NCBI RefSeq assembly: GCF_963921235.1 | Contig: NC_086097.1 | Span: 236,098,001 to 236,162,000, forward strand | Length of the DNA: 64,000 bases | Direction: 5' to 3' | Source of the DNA: Mobula hypostoma | Lineage: Eukaryota | In this document: positions 1-11,907 of the stretch, one piece after another | Position numbering within the stretch: the stretch's first letter is position 1 | Layout of the letters: each line of letters starts with the position of its first letter | Made by a program: the position numbers and the translations under genes | Notes under the pieces: model-generated | The model's database searches: none | Told to the model about the DNA's origin: nothing | The model's input: the letters and a program-made list of their open reading frames with translations, nothing else

Positions 1-289
1 CTTCTTCACTTCATGTCAAAATGCGATATTTTCTGGAGTTATATCCCACACATATAGATACAAAACACAACTCCACATGACAGCAATTTATTCCTCCAGC
101 TATTAAAGATATCACCTACAAACGATTAGATAATATCATCTTGCTGTGCTTAATAAGATATTAATGACGTCAGTAGAACATCATTCCAGATCTGTTTTTA
201 GTTATTTATGTTTTAGTCATAGTATTGGAGTGCATTAAAGCAGGTGCTTTGGCTCAAGAAGTTCACACTAACCACGGATACCCATTGTA

Positions 290-343
290 AATTCCAATGT
301 AAATTCTCTTCACGTTAATTCCAATGTAAATTCTCTTCACGTT
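290..343. repeat. 27-bp tandem duplication
   Basis: aattccaatgtaaattctcttcacgtt occurs twice exactly, head to tail. Confidence 0.9.
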
Positions 344-641
344 CCTATCACCTCTCATCAGAGAACACCACTCACCTTCACAATGCAAGCACGTCTTTGG
401 GATGTGGTGGAAACTTGAGGGCATGGGGCAGTGGGGGGAGGGAAAATGAGGTGCCCTTGTAGAGAACATGTAAACTCTCCACCAGGGTTCCCTAACCTTT
501 CTTATGCCACAGTCCTCTACTATCGACCAAGAAGTCCATGGACACCAGGTTGCGAACTTCTGCTCTACATAAACACCACAGAAGGTCAAGTTTGAACCTG
601 GAATTCAACACCTTAAATTACTGTCACTCTGCCACTCTGTA

Positions 642-738
642 GCAACACACACAAAATGCTAGAGCAACTCAGCAGGTCAGACAGCATCCAGGAAAAGAGT
701 ACAGTCGATGTTCTGGGCTGAAACCCTTTGGCAGGACT
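642..738 (-). mobile_element. Penelope-like pLTR fragment with decayed hammerhead motif
   Basis: Similar to 10730-10827 (acaaaatgctagagcaactcagcaggtcagacagcatc...cagtcgatgtt...gcaggact); ribozyme core is mutated. Confidence 0.65.
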
Positions 739-1034
739 ATGTTTGTCTCTGTCACTCTGTCCACACTTTTTGCTGCCTCAGTAAAGCAGCCAACATAATC
801 AAAGACTCCCCCAAGCCTGGATATTCCCTCTTGGAGTATTCCAACATATTCTTGCCTTGAGCCTTAGAGATGGCAGGCAGACTTTGAGGAGTTAGGAGGT
901 AATTTACTCACTGCCTCTGACCTGACCTTGTTCTCAAATAATGCACATGGATGACACAGTTTAGTTTTAGGTCTGATAATCCTCAGGATAATGACTATAG
1001 GGGATAAAATTATCTTAAAACATTAAATGTAAAA

Positions 1035-1345
1035 CATAGAGCATTACTGCACAGTACAGGCCCTTAGGCCCATGATGTTATGCTCACTGTTTAACTTACA
1101 CTAGGATCAAACTAACCCTTCCCTCCTACATACAGTACTGTGCAAAATCTTAGGTGCCCCATCTCTTTGCCTTCTATGGGCAAGCCAGTTCTGGATCCAC
1201 AAAGCAATGTCCCCTTGAATCCCATGCCTCCTTGCTTTCTCATTAAGAGTTGCATGGGCTACCTTATCAAATGCCTTGCTGAAATCCATATACACTACAT
1301 CTACTGCTCTACCTTCATCAATGTGTTTAGTCACATCCTCAAAAA
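1035..1345 (-). mobile_element. CR1 LINE fragment (RT piece joined to 3' UTR)
   Basis: ORF 1107-1415 encodes FEDVTKHIDEGRAVDVVYMDFSKAFDKV...WIQNWL, a CR1 RT motif; CR1-type 3' end at ~1035-1140. Confidence 0.85.
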
Positions 1346-2309
1346 GGGTTGTTAGCCTTTGCTTTTTTATGTATTTTTTTTTGTAAAATGCTATTGTCTT
1401 TCTTTTTCCCTGCAAATGCCTGCAAAGAAATTAATCCTTGTAGCATGTACATACTCTGATAATAAACTTACTTTGAAGTTTGAAGCTAGTGTATTTTTTG
1501 CATAAATATAAATGTGCCACTTCGTTGATGGCAACATACAATATTATTCAATTCAATTTTAATTGTCATTCAACTATACATGAACACAGCCAATAACTCA
1601 GCTTTACCCTGGGGTCACGGCACAAAACGTGGTACCAACTGACACATGCAAGATAGCAATCACAAATGGTATCACAATCACATATTAAAAGATCCAGACT
1701 TGCACCATCAATCTGCAATTGACCACAATAGAGCAGACCACTTCTGCTGAGTGAACACTGGAGGAGAAGCAGGGGCATTGATTCCAGCCTGGACAACGGT
1801 GCAGTGTAGCGGCTCTGATGTCTCTCTCAGGCGACACTGTGGCTTGAGGCCTAGTCCTTGCATATACAAGAAGAAAATGACATATAAAATGACAGTAAAA
1901 TACAACCATACAAAGAGATATATGTATATAGTCTAGACCCTTCAGTTCACTGTAGATAGAACAAATATTAATATCTAGCTACTTTTACACTGTATGCAAT
2001 GTAATTTTAAAATGTGAAGAATAAGTATTGAAAATAACTTTGATTAAATTGCCATTTAATATCCTTGTCAAATTCGACTTGGGATTTTATTATCAGTTTT
2101 CATTGCACAGATCAAACAGATCTATATTGAAATATTAATTTTAAAAATATGGATTCAATCAATCACTAAATATAAACATCCGATTGGCTGTATCATTGTC
2201 ACCAGCTAGTTCTCTTGCGTGAATTACTTTGTTGTGATCCCACCTCGTTCAGGTGGTGCTTCAAGAAGGCTTCAGCCATCATTAAGGGATCTCACCAGTT
2301 CTCATTGAG

Positions 2310-3505
2310 GGATCAGAAGTGGAACGGAAACTCAAGTTCCTGAGTGTCAGCATCGCTGGGGATCTATCCTGAGCCCAGCATAATAATTGTTGTAGCGTGG
2401 ACGAAATCACCGGAGAGACAGAGTCACTGGTAGATACAAAGCAGCTTCTTTATTCGACACAGACATCTACGGATGGAGACTCTTTCGGTAGAAAGGTCTG
2501 CTAGCCCAATGTGGGCTCGATATTTATATGCTAAATACAAAGGCAATCGCTACTTAAAAAGTTGTAGACAATGCATAGACAATGCTTCCTATTGAAGCTA
2601 CATACAAAATATCACACCTTCTAACTTCATCCTTTCCTTCCGACACCAACATGTCTGGGTTGGTATCCACAGCCTTTAGGAATGCAATTAAATCTACAAT
2701 ACATTTATTTGGCATTTTACGTGCTAACATAGAAGACAATTAATATTTATAATGTATAGATAATACTGTCTTCGAAACTACAGCATCTGGTCAAACTACG
2801 GCACCAGAAGCATCTGGTATTCACACCTTTTTAGGAAGCTCATTGTTGTGGACTCAATCCACAGTATTTTGTCAAATAATCAAATAGAAGTCTGGTAGCC
2901 AAAGTCATTTAAGTGTAAACAAATCATCTACCCAAAAAAAAACTCACTCTAACATCGATGCAGTTACAAACAAGGTATGACAGTGGCTATATTTCATTAG
3001 AAGTTTGAGAAGTTTTGTCACCAAGGATGCTCGCGAATTTCTAGATACTACGTGGACAGTATTACAGCTGGTTACGTCACCGTCTGATATGGCGGCGAGG
3101 GGAGCACTACACAGGATCGAAATGAGCTGCAGAAAGTTGTGAACTCAGTCCGCTCCATCAGGAGCACCAGTCTCCATAGCATCCAGGCCATCTTCAAGGA
3201 GTGATGTCTCAAAGGGAGACAGCTATCATTAAGGACCCAGAACCTGTCCTCTTACCATTTCTACCATCAGGGAAGAGATACAGGAGACTGAAGACCTATG
3301 CTCAATGATTCAGGGACAGCTTCTTCCCCTCTACCATCAGATTTCTGAATGTCCGTGAACCCATAAACACCACCTTAATACTCCTTTTATTTGCACTAAT
3401 TAATTATTTTGTAATTTATAATCATTTTATGTTTTGGTACTGCAGTGCTGCCACAAAACAAGTTTCACTTCATATGACCGCGATAATAAAATTTGTTTCT
3501 GATTC
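2310..3505 (+). mobile_element. Rex1/Babar-like LINE 3' fragment interrupted by an LTR-like insert
   Basis: Degenerate homology to the 12996-13619 peptide (FLGVxIxxDL, LYFIRxLRRF, LPSGRRYR, FRxSFFP) on both sides of 2388-2954. Confidence 0.7.
2388..2954 (-). mobile_element. Probable solo LTR
   Basis: Discrete insert in a LINE; minus strand reads TGTTAG...TACAACA with AATAAA ~60 nt from the 3' end; no clean TSD. Confidence 0.55.
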
Positions 3506-3687
3506 TAATGACAGGATCAGGGCAGTTGACCTGTCAGAGTGTGGGAATTCCGGTGATCCCACCTTATTTACGTAAGACTTGGATGCCTGGAGTGGAGGGA
3601 TGCATCTGAAGTGCTTGTTACGGAAATCAAATCCAGGGCAAACAGGGTCTACAGAAACTTACTTAGTCTGCTTTAAGCAGGGTTTTT

Positions 3688-4150
3688 AAGTCAAGTCAAG
3701 TTTATTGTCAGTTAACTATATACAAGTACTGTATATAATGTGTATAATCATATAATGTATATAGAAATGAGACAAGGTTCCTCTAGCCAGGGTGTAAAGC
3801 ACAGTGCTACTCATAATACAAATAACCCGCAATAACTTATGAAGGTAAAGATAAAATCTGCAGATGACTCATGTATAAATAGTGAACTAAAGTGCATAAG
3901 TTAAGTGCTGTAATGTATGGAACAGAGTGACACTTCAGATACGATGCAGCAGGGAATTCAGAAGCCTAATGGCCTGAGGGAAGAATCTGTTTCCCATCCT
4001 GACCATTCTTGCTTTTATGCATCTGAGTCTCCCGCCCGATGGTAGAAAGTCAAAGAGTTGCTGGATGGATGGGTGGGGTCCTTAACAATACAAAGGCCCT
4101 GTGTACACAGCGCTACTGATAAATGACGGATGGTAGGAAGACCCCTGTGA
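3688..4150 (-). mobile_element. Rex1/Babar-like LINE 3' end
   Basis: (aagtc)n tail followed by tttattgtca; minus-strand IVKDPTHP... peptide. Confidence 0.6.
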
Positions 4151-4713
4151 CCCCTATGAGAAAGCATTTTCAGAAATACTTCAAACACTGCATTCAGTAT
4201 ATTGATGCATTTCCTATTGGGAGGGTTAATCATCTGATTGTGAGAATTAGAAGACAAGCTTGGAAAAAGTTAAGTCAAAGGGAAGCCTTCCACGTTTTGA
4301 TATGAACTGTGTAGTTAATGTTCTGGAATTTGCATTATTCTGTGCACATTACTCAGTGAAGGTTCTGTAACATCCTATTCATGCCTTCCTTCAAGCTTAA
4401 TCAAGATGTTCCCCTTTGCATTCATAATACCTGTTACTCTTTGTTGACTGCACATTAACTGAGTTAGCAGACGTCCCTGAAGTGACTTAAAAGGATCAGT
4501 GATACTAAAGTTCAATGCTATGGTAATCTTCATAATCGTGGGAACTATTGGTGTCCTGGAGATATCTGCTGGTCATTTTGGAGAAGGTGTTTACAATTTC
4601 TTTCATGTGGTAAAAATATGCCTTGATATTTTAAATCGAAAAGCCAGGGTTTATAGTTGGGATATTGATAGATGTGCCACAATACTTTGAGTGTTGACAT
4701 ATCTGCACCTAAT

Positions 4714-4997
4714 ATAGAACATAGAACATAGAATAGTACAGCACGTTACAGGCCCTTCAGCCCACAGTATTGTGCCGACCCTCAAACCTTGCCTTCCATA
4801 TAACCCCCCACGTTAAATTCCTCCATATACCTGTCTAGTAGTCTCTTAGACTTCACGAGTGTATCTGCCTCCACCACTGACTCAGGCAGTGCATTCCACG
4901 CACCAACCACTCTCTGAGTGAAAAAACCTTCCTCTAATATCCCCCTTGAACTTCCCACCGCTTACCTTAAAGCCATGTCCTCTTGTATTGAGCAGTG
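4714..4997 (-). mobile_element. CR1 LINE 3' end (young subfamily)
   Basis: (catagaa)n tail; LLNTRGHGFKV...KFKGDIRGRFF; near-identical to 23880-24158. Confidence 0.9.
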
Positions 4998-5009
4998 TCA
5001 ACAGCCACT

Positions 5010-5790
5010 TACAACTGTAATGCAGATGACACCACAGTTGTTGATAGAATCTCAGATAGCAATGAGGAGGCATATCGGAGTGGCCTAGATTTGCTGGTTG
5101 GGTGGTGTCACAACAACAACATTGCAATCAACATCAGCAAGACAAGACCAACGAACTGATTGTGGACTTCTGTTAGGGGAAGTCAGGAGAATACGCACCA
5201 GTCTTTGAGGGGTCAGTGGGCAGAAAGGAGAGCAGCTTTAAGTTCTTATGTGTCAACATCTTAGATGATCTGTGCTGGGCCCAATAGATCAATATGAAGA
5301 AGTCAGGCCAGTGGCTCTACTTCATTTGGAGCTTGAGGAGATTTAGTATGTTGCCAGAGAGTCTTGCAAATTTCTAGACAGCCTGGTATGGAGCCTCTAA
5401 TGCACAGGATGACAAGAGGCTGCAGGGTGTTGCTAACTCATCCAGATCCATCATGGACACAAGCCTTTCCACCACTGAGGACATCTTCAATTGGTCAGGC
5501 TTCAAGATGGTGACATCTATCACTATGAACCCTAACCATTCAAGACATGCCTTCTTCTCATTACGGCCATCTGGGAGGAAATACAGAAGACTGAACGCCC
5601 ACACTAAATAATTTAGGAACAGCTTCTTCCCCTTTGTCTTCAGATTTCAGAACAGTCTGAACATGAAACCCTGAATATAGTCTCATTATTCCCTTGTTTG
5701 CTCTAGTTATTTTGTAATTTATAGTAATCATATTTTTTCTACTGCACTGTTGCCACAGAATAACAAATTTCATGTCATCACTGGAGTCAA
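5010..5790 (+). mobile_element. Rex1/Babar-like LINE 3' fragment
   Basis: Degenerate ADDTTVV, ELIVDF, PSGRKYRRL, FRNSFFP motifs. Confidence 0.7.
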
Positions 5791-5899
5791 CTATAATGTT
5801 CTCCAAAGGAGCATTCTATCAGTGAGACCTCAGGTAGATGTAGAGGCTGATCGGGGATCTACATATCTGGGATATTAGGGTGGATTCCCTTAATGGAGA

Positions 5900-6260
5900 A
5901 TATTTGTGCATGATTTTGCTTAATGTGGGGAGGCTGATACATGGGCAGCCTCCACACAGTCCTTACCAGATCAGGTTCAGGGTCCAGTGACATGGAGTGC
6001 AAGATGACTGGGGACTCCTTACTGCTACAGACTTCCTTTGCTTTCACTGCTGTTGTGATGTGCCATCTTCTTCCGTCAGATCTATTGAGGTCTTGGTTGG
6101 ATTGCTCTTTGTCTGGAACCTCCGCTTTGTCCTTTCCTCCATCTGTGACTCTACCAGAAGCTAAATGCACGATGGCTTAAGTCCAGACCACTCACAAGGT
6201 GTGGGGAACTCACAAGCCCCTCTCCTCCATGACAAGGCGTCGATACTCGGAGAAGGAGAA
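5900..6260 (-). mobile_element. Possible RTE-derived non-autonomous element (5' end near 6258)
   Basis: Minus strand gccttgtcatggaggagaggggcttgtgagttccc resembles, from memory, the 5' end of fish RTE/Expander elements. Confidence 0.3.
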
Positions 6261-6387
6261 CCTGTTTTCAATTCTAATATCTGAATTCATGGAAAAATAA
6301 TCAAATTTTAGGTTCCCCGAAAATTTTTTTTTCAGGGATTTTTTTTTGATATAGAGATGCATTAAACCATCAAGTTAAAAGATAGGT

Positions 6388-6860
6388 CCATAAAATCATA
6401 AGATATCGAAGCATATTTAGGCCAATCGAGTCTGCTCTGCCATTTCATCATAGCTCATCATTTTCTCTCTCAGCCCCAATCTTCAGCCTTCTCCTTATAT
6501 CGCTTCATGCTCTGACCAATCAAGAATCTATCAACCTCTGCCTTCAATATACCCAATAACTTGGCAAACACAGCCGCCTCTGACAACAAATTCCACAGAT
6601 TCACTGCTTGTGGCTAAAGATCTTCCTCCTCATCCGCATTCTGAAAGGATATCTCTCTATTATGAGGCTGAGTCTTCTGGTTTTAGACTTACTCACCATA
6701 GGAAACATCCTCTCTACATCCACTCTATCAAGGCCTTTCACCATTCAGTAGGTTTCAATGAGGTCTCCTCTCATTCTTCTGAATTCCAGTGAGTACAGTC
6801 CTAGAGCAATGAAACCCTATTCATATAAAAGCCTTTCAATCCCAGAATTACTTTCATCAA
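6388..6860 (-). mobile_element. CR1 LINE 3' fragment
   Basis: cataagatat...ggccaatcgagtctgctctgccatt 3' end, shared with 12778, 24228 and 46494. Confidence 0.8.
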
Positions 6861-7399
6861 AGAGCCAGGAATTAAGAAGGCTCTTTAAGAAGGATGCTTT
6901 GAAGATAGTTCAAAGGCAGTGAAAAATTATGTACCATACAAATCATTGCACTCCACAGCAACAATGGGAGCACTCCTGACATCTCCATGCTTTCCTATGA
7001 TGGTTACAAAGAAATTTGCAAAACCTGTTTGAGTAAATCATTCTGACTGATGTTACTCTGAAGGTTTCTGGCCACAAGCATGAACGAAGAAACTCAAATG
7101 CATTCAATGACAGGTGAAATACACTCTCAGATATCTGACATAACTTTGATGAATTTTTTGACAATAAATTAGATTGACGGTCTTGAATAGGAAAGGTAGG
7201 CCTTATTTATATTTCAGTGTCACTACCTACATTTAAGTTTCAAAGCTGAATGCACAGTTAAGATGGTGCTAATGAGATTGTCTAGAGGTCTCAGTTCATT
7301 TCTGTTTGTTCTTTATGCACATCCAGGGGCTTAGCAACAATTTATGAAGGCTAGAAATATTTATGAATATTTTATAAATATTATATTTATTTGTATTAA

Positions 7400-7668
7400 C
7401 ATACAGTGTGGACCCCTTATGGCCCTTCGAGGCACACCGACCAACAGACTCTCGATTTAATCCTAGCCGAACCACAGGACAACTTACAATGACCAATTAA
7501 CCTACCAACTGGTAAGTCCTTGGATTGTAGGAGGAAACCGGAGCACTGGAGGAAGGCCACGCATTCATGGGGAGAACATAGAAGCTCATTAGAGGCAGTG
7601 GCGGGAATTGAACCCGGGCTGGTGGTCCTGTAAAGCGCTGTGCTAACCAGTACGCTACTTTGCCACCC
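7400..7668 (-). mobile_element. tRNA-derived SINE, HE1/V-SINE-like
   Basis: Minus strand has an A-box-like head (ggtggcaaagtagcgtactggttagc), B-box ggttcaattcc and the core gtgctccggtttcctcc. Confidence 0.75.
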
Positions 7669-9541
7669 CAAGCCCTGAAGTCATGCCTGCAAATTGTACT
7701 ATGAGCACAGTACAAGGTACAGTTGACCGATCCTTGGACTATCACTTCCAACTGATAAACAGGCTTTGTCACGTTTATCAGATGTGGATCTACTAGGGAC
7801 CCTATCAGTTTACACATTACACATCCCAGCTGAGTGGTTGACCAATACTAGCCCTTCAGTAAAACCTTGGTAAGGGAAGAGAAAACTTCATCAGATGAGT
7901 CGTTGAAAAAATTCAAGACTGTCAAACTAATTTAGTGTCATACAGCCCATCAAAGACATGTCAGATGTCTTAGAGTACTTTTCACACATCATTGAATGCA
8001 TTAAAGTTTCTTTATTCATGCCTGTGGCCATGAACACTACCACATTTTTATTTTGCTCTCTTTTTGCACTACTAATTTTTACAGACTGTATATTTCTTCC
8101 TGTAATTTATGTTTTTTATGCATTGCATGGCATTTGCCAGTGATATTAAACCTGGTGTTGTATTGCAAATGTGAAGTGCACTTAACATGGAAAACTTTAT
8201 TCAAGAAAGCATTGATCTTACAATAATATTTGATTATACTCAGCTTCTACTTTGCACATGACTGCTAATACCATTAAGGATTAAAATAAATGATATAAAA
8301 CTGACAGGGTGGTAAATTATTTATTCCCAGCAAAGTTTGTTGTTTCTTTGTGCTTGAAGCATAGATGAAGACAATTCAGCCTGGAGGAACGTCTGGCTCA
8401 GTTTATTTATTACCTGACTCTCTTCTATGTCGACTTCAAAGCGTAATATCCTGGGTTGATCAGACCTAAAAGATCTAAACCAATTTGAGTGTCTAGGAGA
8501 TGAGGTAATAAGTGTACAAGCACAACAGAGTAACTGAAGCCTAACTTATTATCATAAAGCAGAAAGCACAAAATAAACCACACTAAATACTATGTAGTAA
8601 GTTACAAAGATTTCCACAAAGACTTCAGGGCTCACCATTCTGAGTCTCCACTTGATTGTTGCTGTTATCGGGGGTTTGATTGTCGCTGTTGTCAGAGGAG
8701 CACCGAGTTCAAACTTGTGAAGTCACTCTGGGTCCATCCTAGACACCGATCGATCGCGACTCCTCACTCTAGATGAAGTCCCCAGAACCAAGCGAAAGGT
8801 GCCTTAATAAATGAGGATTCAATCCAGAAGCATAACAAGATACACAAAGACAGACATGCTATTTGATCTTTTGTTCTCATCCACTGTGCCTGAGGCCAGA
8901 AAGAATCCAGCCACTATTAGCAAACATTCATTTAACCTTCAGTGCTCAACTTATAACCATATAACAATTACAGCACAGAAACAGGCCATCTCGGCCCTCC
9001 TAGTCCGTGCCAAGCTCTTACTCTCGCCTAGTCCCACTGACCTGCATTCAGCCCAAAACCCTCCATTCTTTTCCTGTCCCTATATCTGTCCAATTTAACT
9101 TTAAACATCAACATCAAAAACTTTTACAGATACCTTACGTACAGTGAGCTTGCAAAGAGTTAAAGTGTCACTTGGAGTTGTCAGACATTCATATAATATT
9201 TTTACAAAATTTAATACACCACAGCACACAATGGCAATGGACTTGCTGTTGGATGGAGGCATAATGCTGGGGCTTGGGGAGAGACAGTTCCTCCTCAGGG
9301 AAGCCATGAGCAATCACAACATGCATTGTCATTCTTTCCTCTTTTTCCCTGTGCTGCCAGGCAACAATTTTCCTCAAAGCTGCTGCTCATGCTCAGCTTG
9401 GCCTGAAATTTGATAATAAATACCATGAAGAGCTAAGTAATAGGTTTTATGTAATAATGACAATCATATGCTTTACAACTCTAACCCGTAAACATCTTTT
9501 TTCAATCATCTGTATTGTAGTGCTTTACCCACCTCATCTAA

Positions 9542-9960
9542 TAGAGTCATAGCATCATAGAGAACTACAGCACAGGAACAGGCCCTTTGGCCCAACTAGA
9601 CTGTGCTGTACTATCCTGCCTACTCCCTTCATCCTGCCCTTTGATCATAGCCCTCCATACCAATCCCAATCAGGTATCTATCTAAACTTCTCTTATATGT
9701 TGAAACACGCATCCACCATTTCCCATTGGCAGCTCATTCACACCCTCACAACCTCTGAGTGAAGAAGTTCCTCCTCATGTTCCCCTTAATCAATTCACCT
9801 TTCACCCTTAACTGAAGACCTCAAGTGCTAATCGCATCCAATGCCAGTGGTAAATGCCTATCTATACTTCTCATAATTTGTACACTTCTGTCAAATCCTC
9901 CCTCATTCTGCTATGCTCCAGGAAATAAAATCCTGCCCTATTCAACCTCTCCCTATAAAT
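9542..9960 (-). mobile_element. CR1 LINE 3' fragment
   Basis: (catagag)-type tail, acaggccctttggccca terminal motif, cctctgagtgaagaagtt. Confidence 0.7.
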
Positions 9961-10373
9961 CAGTAATGGTTAAAAGAGGATTCTGAACCTTCAAATATTG
10001 GTTGAAGTACCACAACACATCTCCACACTGTGTATAAAATACCACGCTTTGTATAATCCAAGTGTCTGACACATGCCCTTGCAGTGATTTGTCCTTCTGC
10101 AGAAAACATGTTATGAATAAGTATACATAAGTGTTTAATCAAGGGTAGGTTTGTGTGAATGATTCTCCTGTTCTACAACAGAATATAACAATGAGTATAA
10201 AGCATACAAAATCAAGGGAAGCATGCAAAGGAGATATAGAATAAATTATTTGTGTGGAATGTTGTGCTTGTTTTAAATCAAGGATGTTTCCATTGAAAAA
10301 TTGGGCATTTTACATTTCAGGCATGTTATCATTGCCAAGTATTCTCAAGTTAGAAATATTCAAAACTACGCAT

Positions 10374-10505
10374 ACAAAATGCTGGAGGAACTCAGCGGGC
10401 CAGGCAGCATCTATGGAAAAGACTTCTCCTCTTCTTTTCCAGTACTGACTGTTTACTCTTTTCCATAGACACTGCCTGGCCTGCTGAGTTCCTCCAGCAT
10501 TTTGT
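10374..10505. repeat. PLE-pLTR-derived inverted repeat (fold-back, MITE-like)
   Basis: ~49-bp arms acaaaatgctggaggaactcagc...ctatggaaaaga and tcttttccatag...gagttcctccagcattttgt around a short spacer. Confidence 0.85.
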
Positions 10506-10690
10506 GTGTTGTTTTAGCACCTACTACCTCTTTCCTATACAAACCATCTTATGCCCATCCTGATGGTGATTTTGTATTCATTAGTGCAGGACCAATACCA
10601 CTAAGCCATTAAGCAAAGGGTCCATCAATCCCAGGTTGAGAAAACCTGATACAAGAGGATTTTTATGCTATGACACCTCATACTTTATTT

Positions 10691-11195
10691 CGCAAACAAC
10701 AGGAATTCTGCAGATGCTGGAAATTCAAGCAACACACATCAAAGTTGCTGGTGAACGCAGCAGGCCAGGCAGCATCTCTAGGAAGAGGTACAGTCGACGT
10801 TTCAGGCCGAGACCCTTCATCAGGACTAACTGAAGGAAGAGTTAATAAGAGATTTGAAAGTGGGAGGGGGAGATCCAAAATGATAGGAGGCCCGGGGAGA
10901 AAGACAAGGGGGGGTGGGTGAAACCCAGAGGATGGGCAAGGGGTATAGTCAGAGGGACAGAGGGAGAAAAAGGAGAGTGAGAGAAAGAATGTGTGTATAA
11001 AAATAAATAACGGATGGGGTACGAGGGGGAGGTGGGGCATTAGCGGAAGTTAGAGAAGTTGATGTTCATGCCATCAGGTTGGAGGCTACCCAGACGAAAT
11101 ATAAGGTGTTGTTCCTCCAACCTGAGTGTGGCTTCATCTTTACAGTACAGGAGGCCGTGGATAGACATGTCAGAATGGGAATGGGATGTGGAATT
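10691..11195 (-). mobile_element. Penelope-like retroelement 3' fragment
   Basis: 11195-11040 reads NSTSHSHSDMSIHGLLYCKDEATLRLEEQHLIFRLGSLQPDGMNINFSNFR*, matching the C-terminus of a PLE GIY-YIG endonuclease; followed by a pyrimidine-rich UTR and a hammerhead. Confidence 0.85.
10792..10827 (-). ncRNA. Minimal type-I hammerhead ribozyme
   Basis: Minus strand: agtc CTGATGA agg-gtctcgg-cct GAAAC GTC gact; complete core, stem I agtc/gact, stem II agg/cct, palindromic stem III ACGT. Confidence 0.85.
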
Positions 11196-11214
11196 TTGTT
11201 TTTATTTGTTTTTA

Positions 11215-11452
11215 TTTAGAGATAGAGAACAGTAACGGGCCCTTCTGGCCCAACAAGCCTATGTTGCCTAATATATGTGACCAATGTGACCAATGAACCC
11301 ATATATCTTTGAAAAGTGGGAGGAAATTGTAGCCTCTGGAGGAAACCCACACGGTTACAGTGAGAACATATAAACTCCTTATAGATAGCTGCAGGAATTA
11401 AACCCATGTTGCTGAACCTGTAAAGAGTTACACTAACTGCTACTGTGCCGCC
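11215..11452 (-). mobile_element. tRNA-derived SINE, HE1/V-SINE-like
   Basis: ggcggcacagtagcagttagtgta head, gggtttcctccag...tttcctcccac core, LINE-like tail gggccagaagggcccgttac. Confidence 0.7.
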
Positions 11453-11907
11453 GACTAAGCACGAATTGAATTTGCACTTACTCACTATAGTACCGGTTTT
11501 TGCAGATGGTATATAGAGGAATTTTTATCTCAATATCCTGGCCCATGAGTTTTGATCATAATTCTGTGGAAAAACGCTATTGATACTAGTCTAAAATATG
11601 AAGTACTGACTACAGTGGCTAAGCAGAACCAGTTCTTGTTATTGGCTTTCCTACAAAAGTTAGGAGCAGTTGATTTTTATTTGGGGAGAAAGTGCATCAT
11701 CATCCGGATATGGTGTTCCAAGAAAGCCCTTAGATGGAAAGCATTTATGTCTTCTAATGGTCTTGGAACTGACCTTATCATTGACATTGTCCAAAGGTGA
11801 AAATCAGTTCTTCGTGCATTGTACCCTAGTTTATGTATATTTCTACTTTAATCATGGAACCCATGATTTTTAAAACATGTTTAATGAAATTTGTGGTTAA
11901 TAACATA

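Noticed and set aside
7600..7668. tRNA gene
   Set aside because: A and B boxes belong to a SINE head; no cloverleaf
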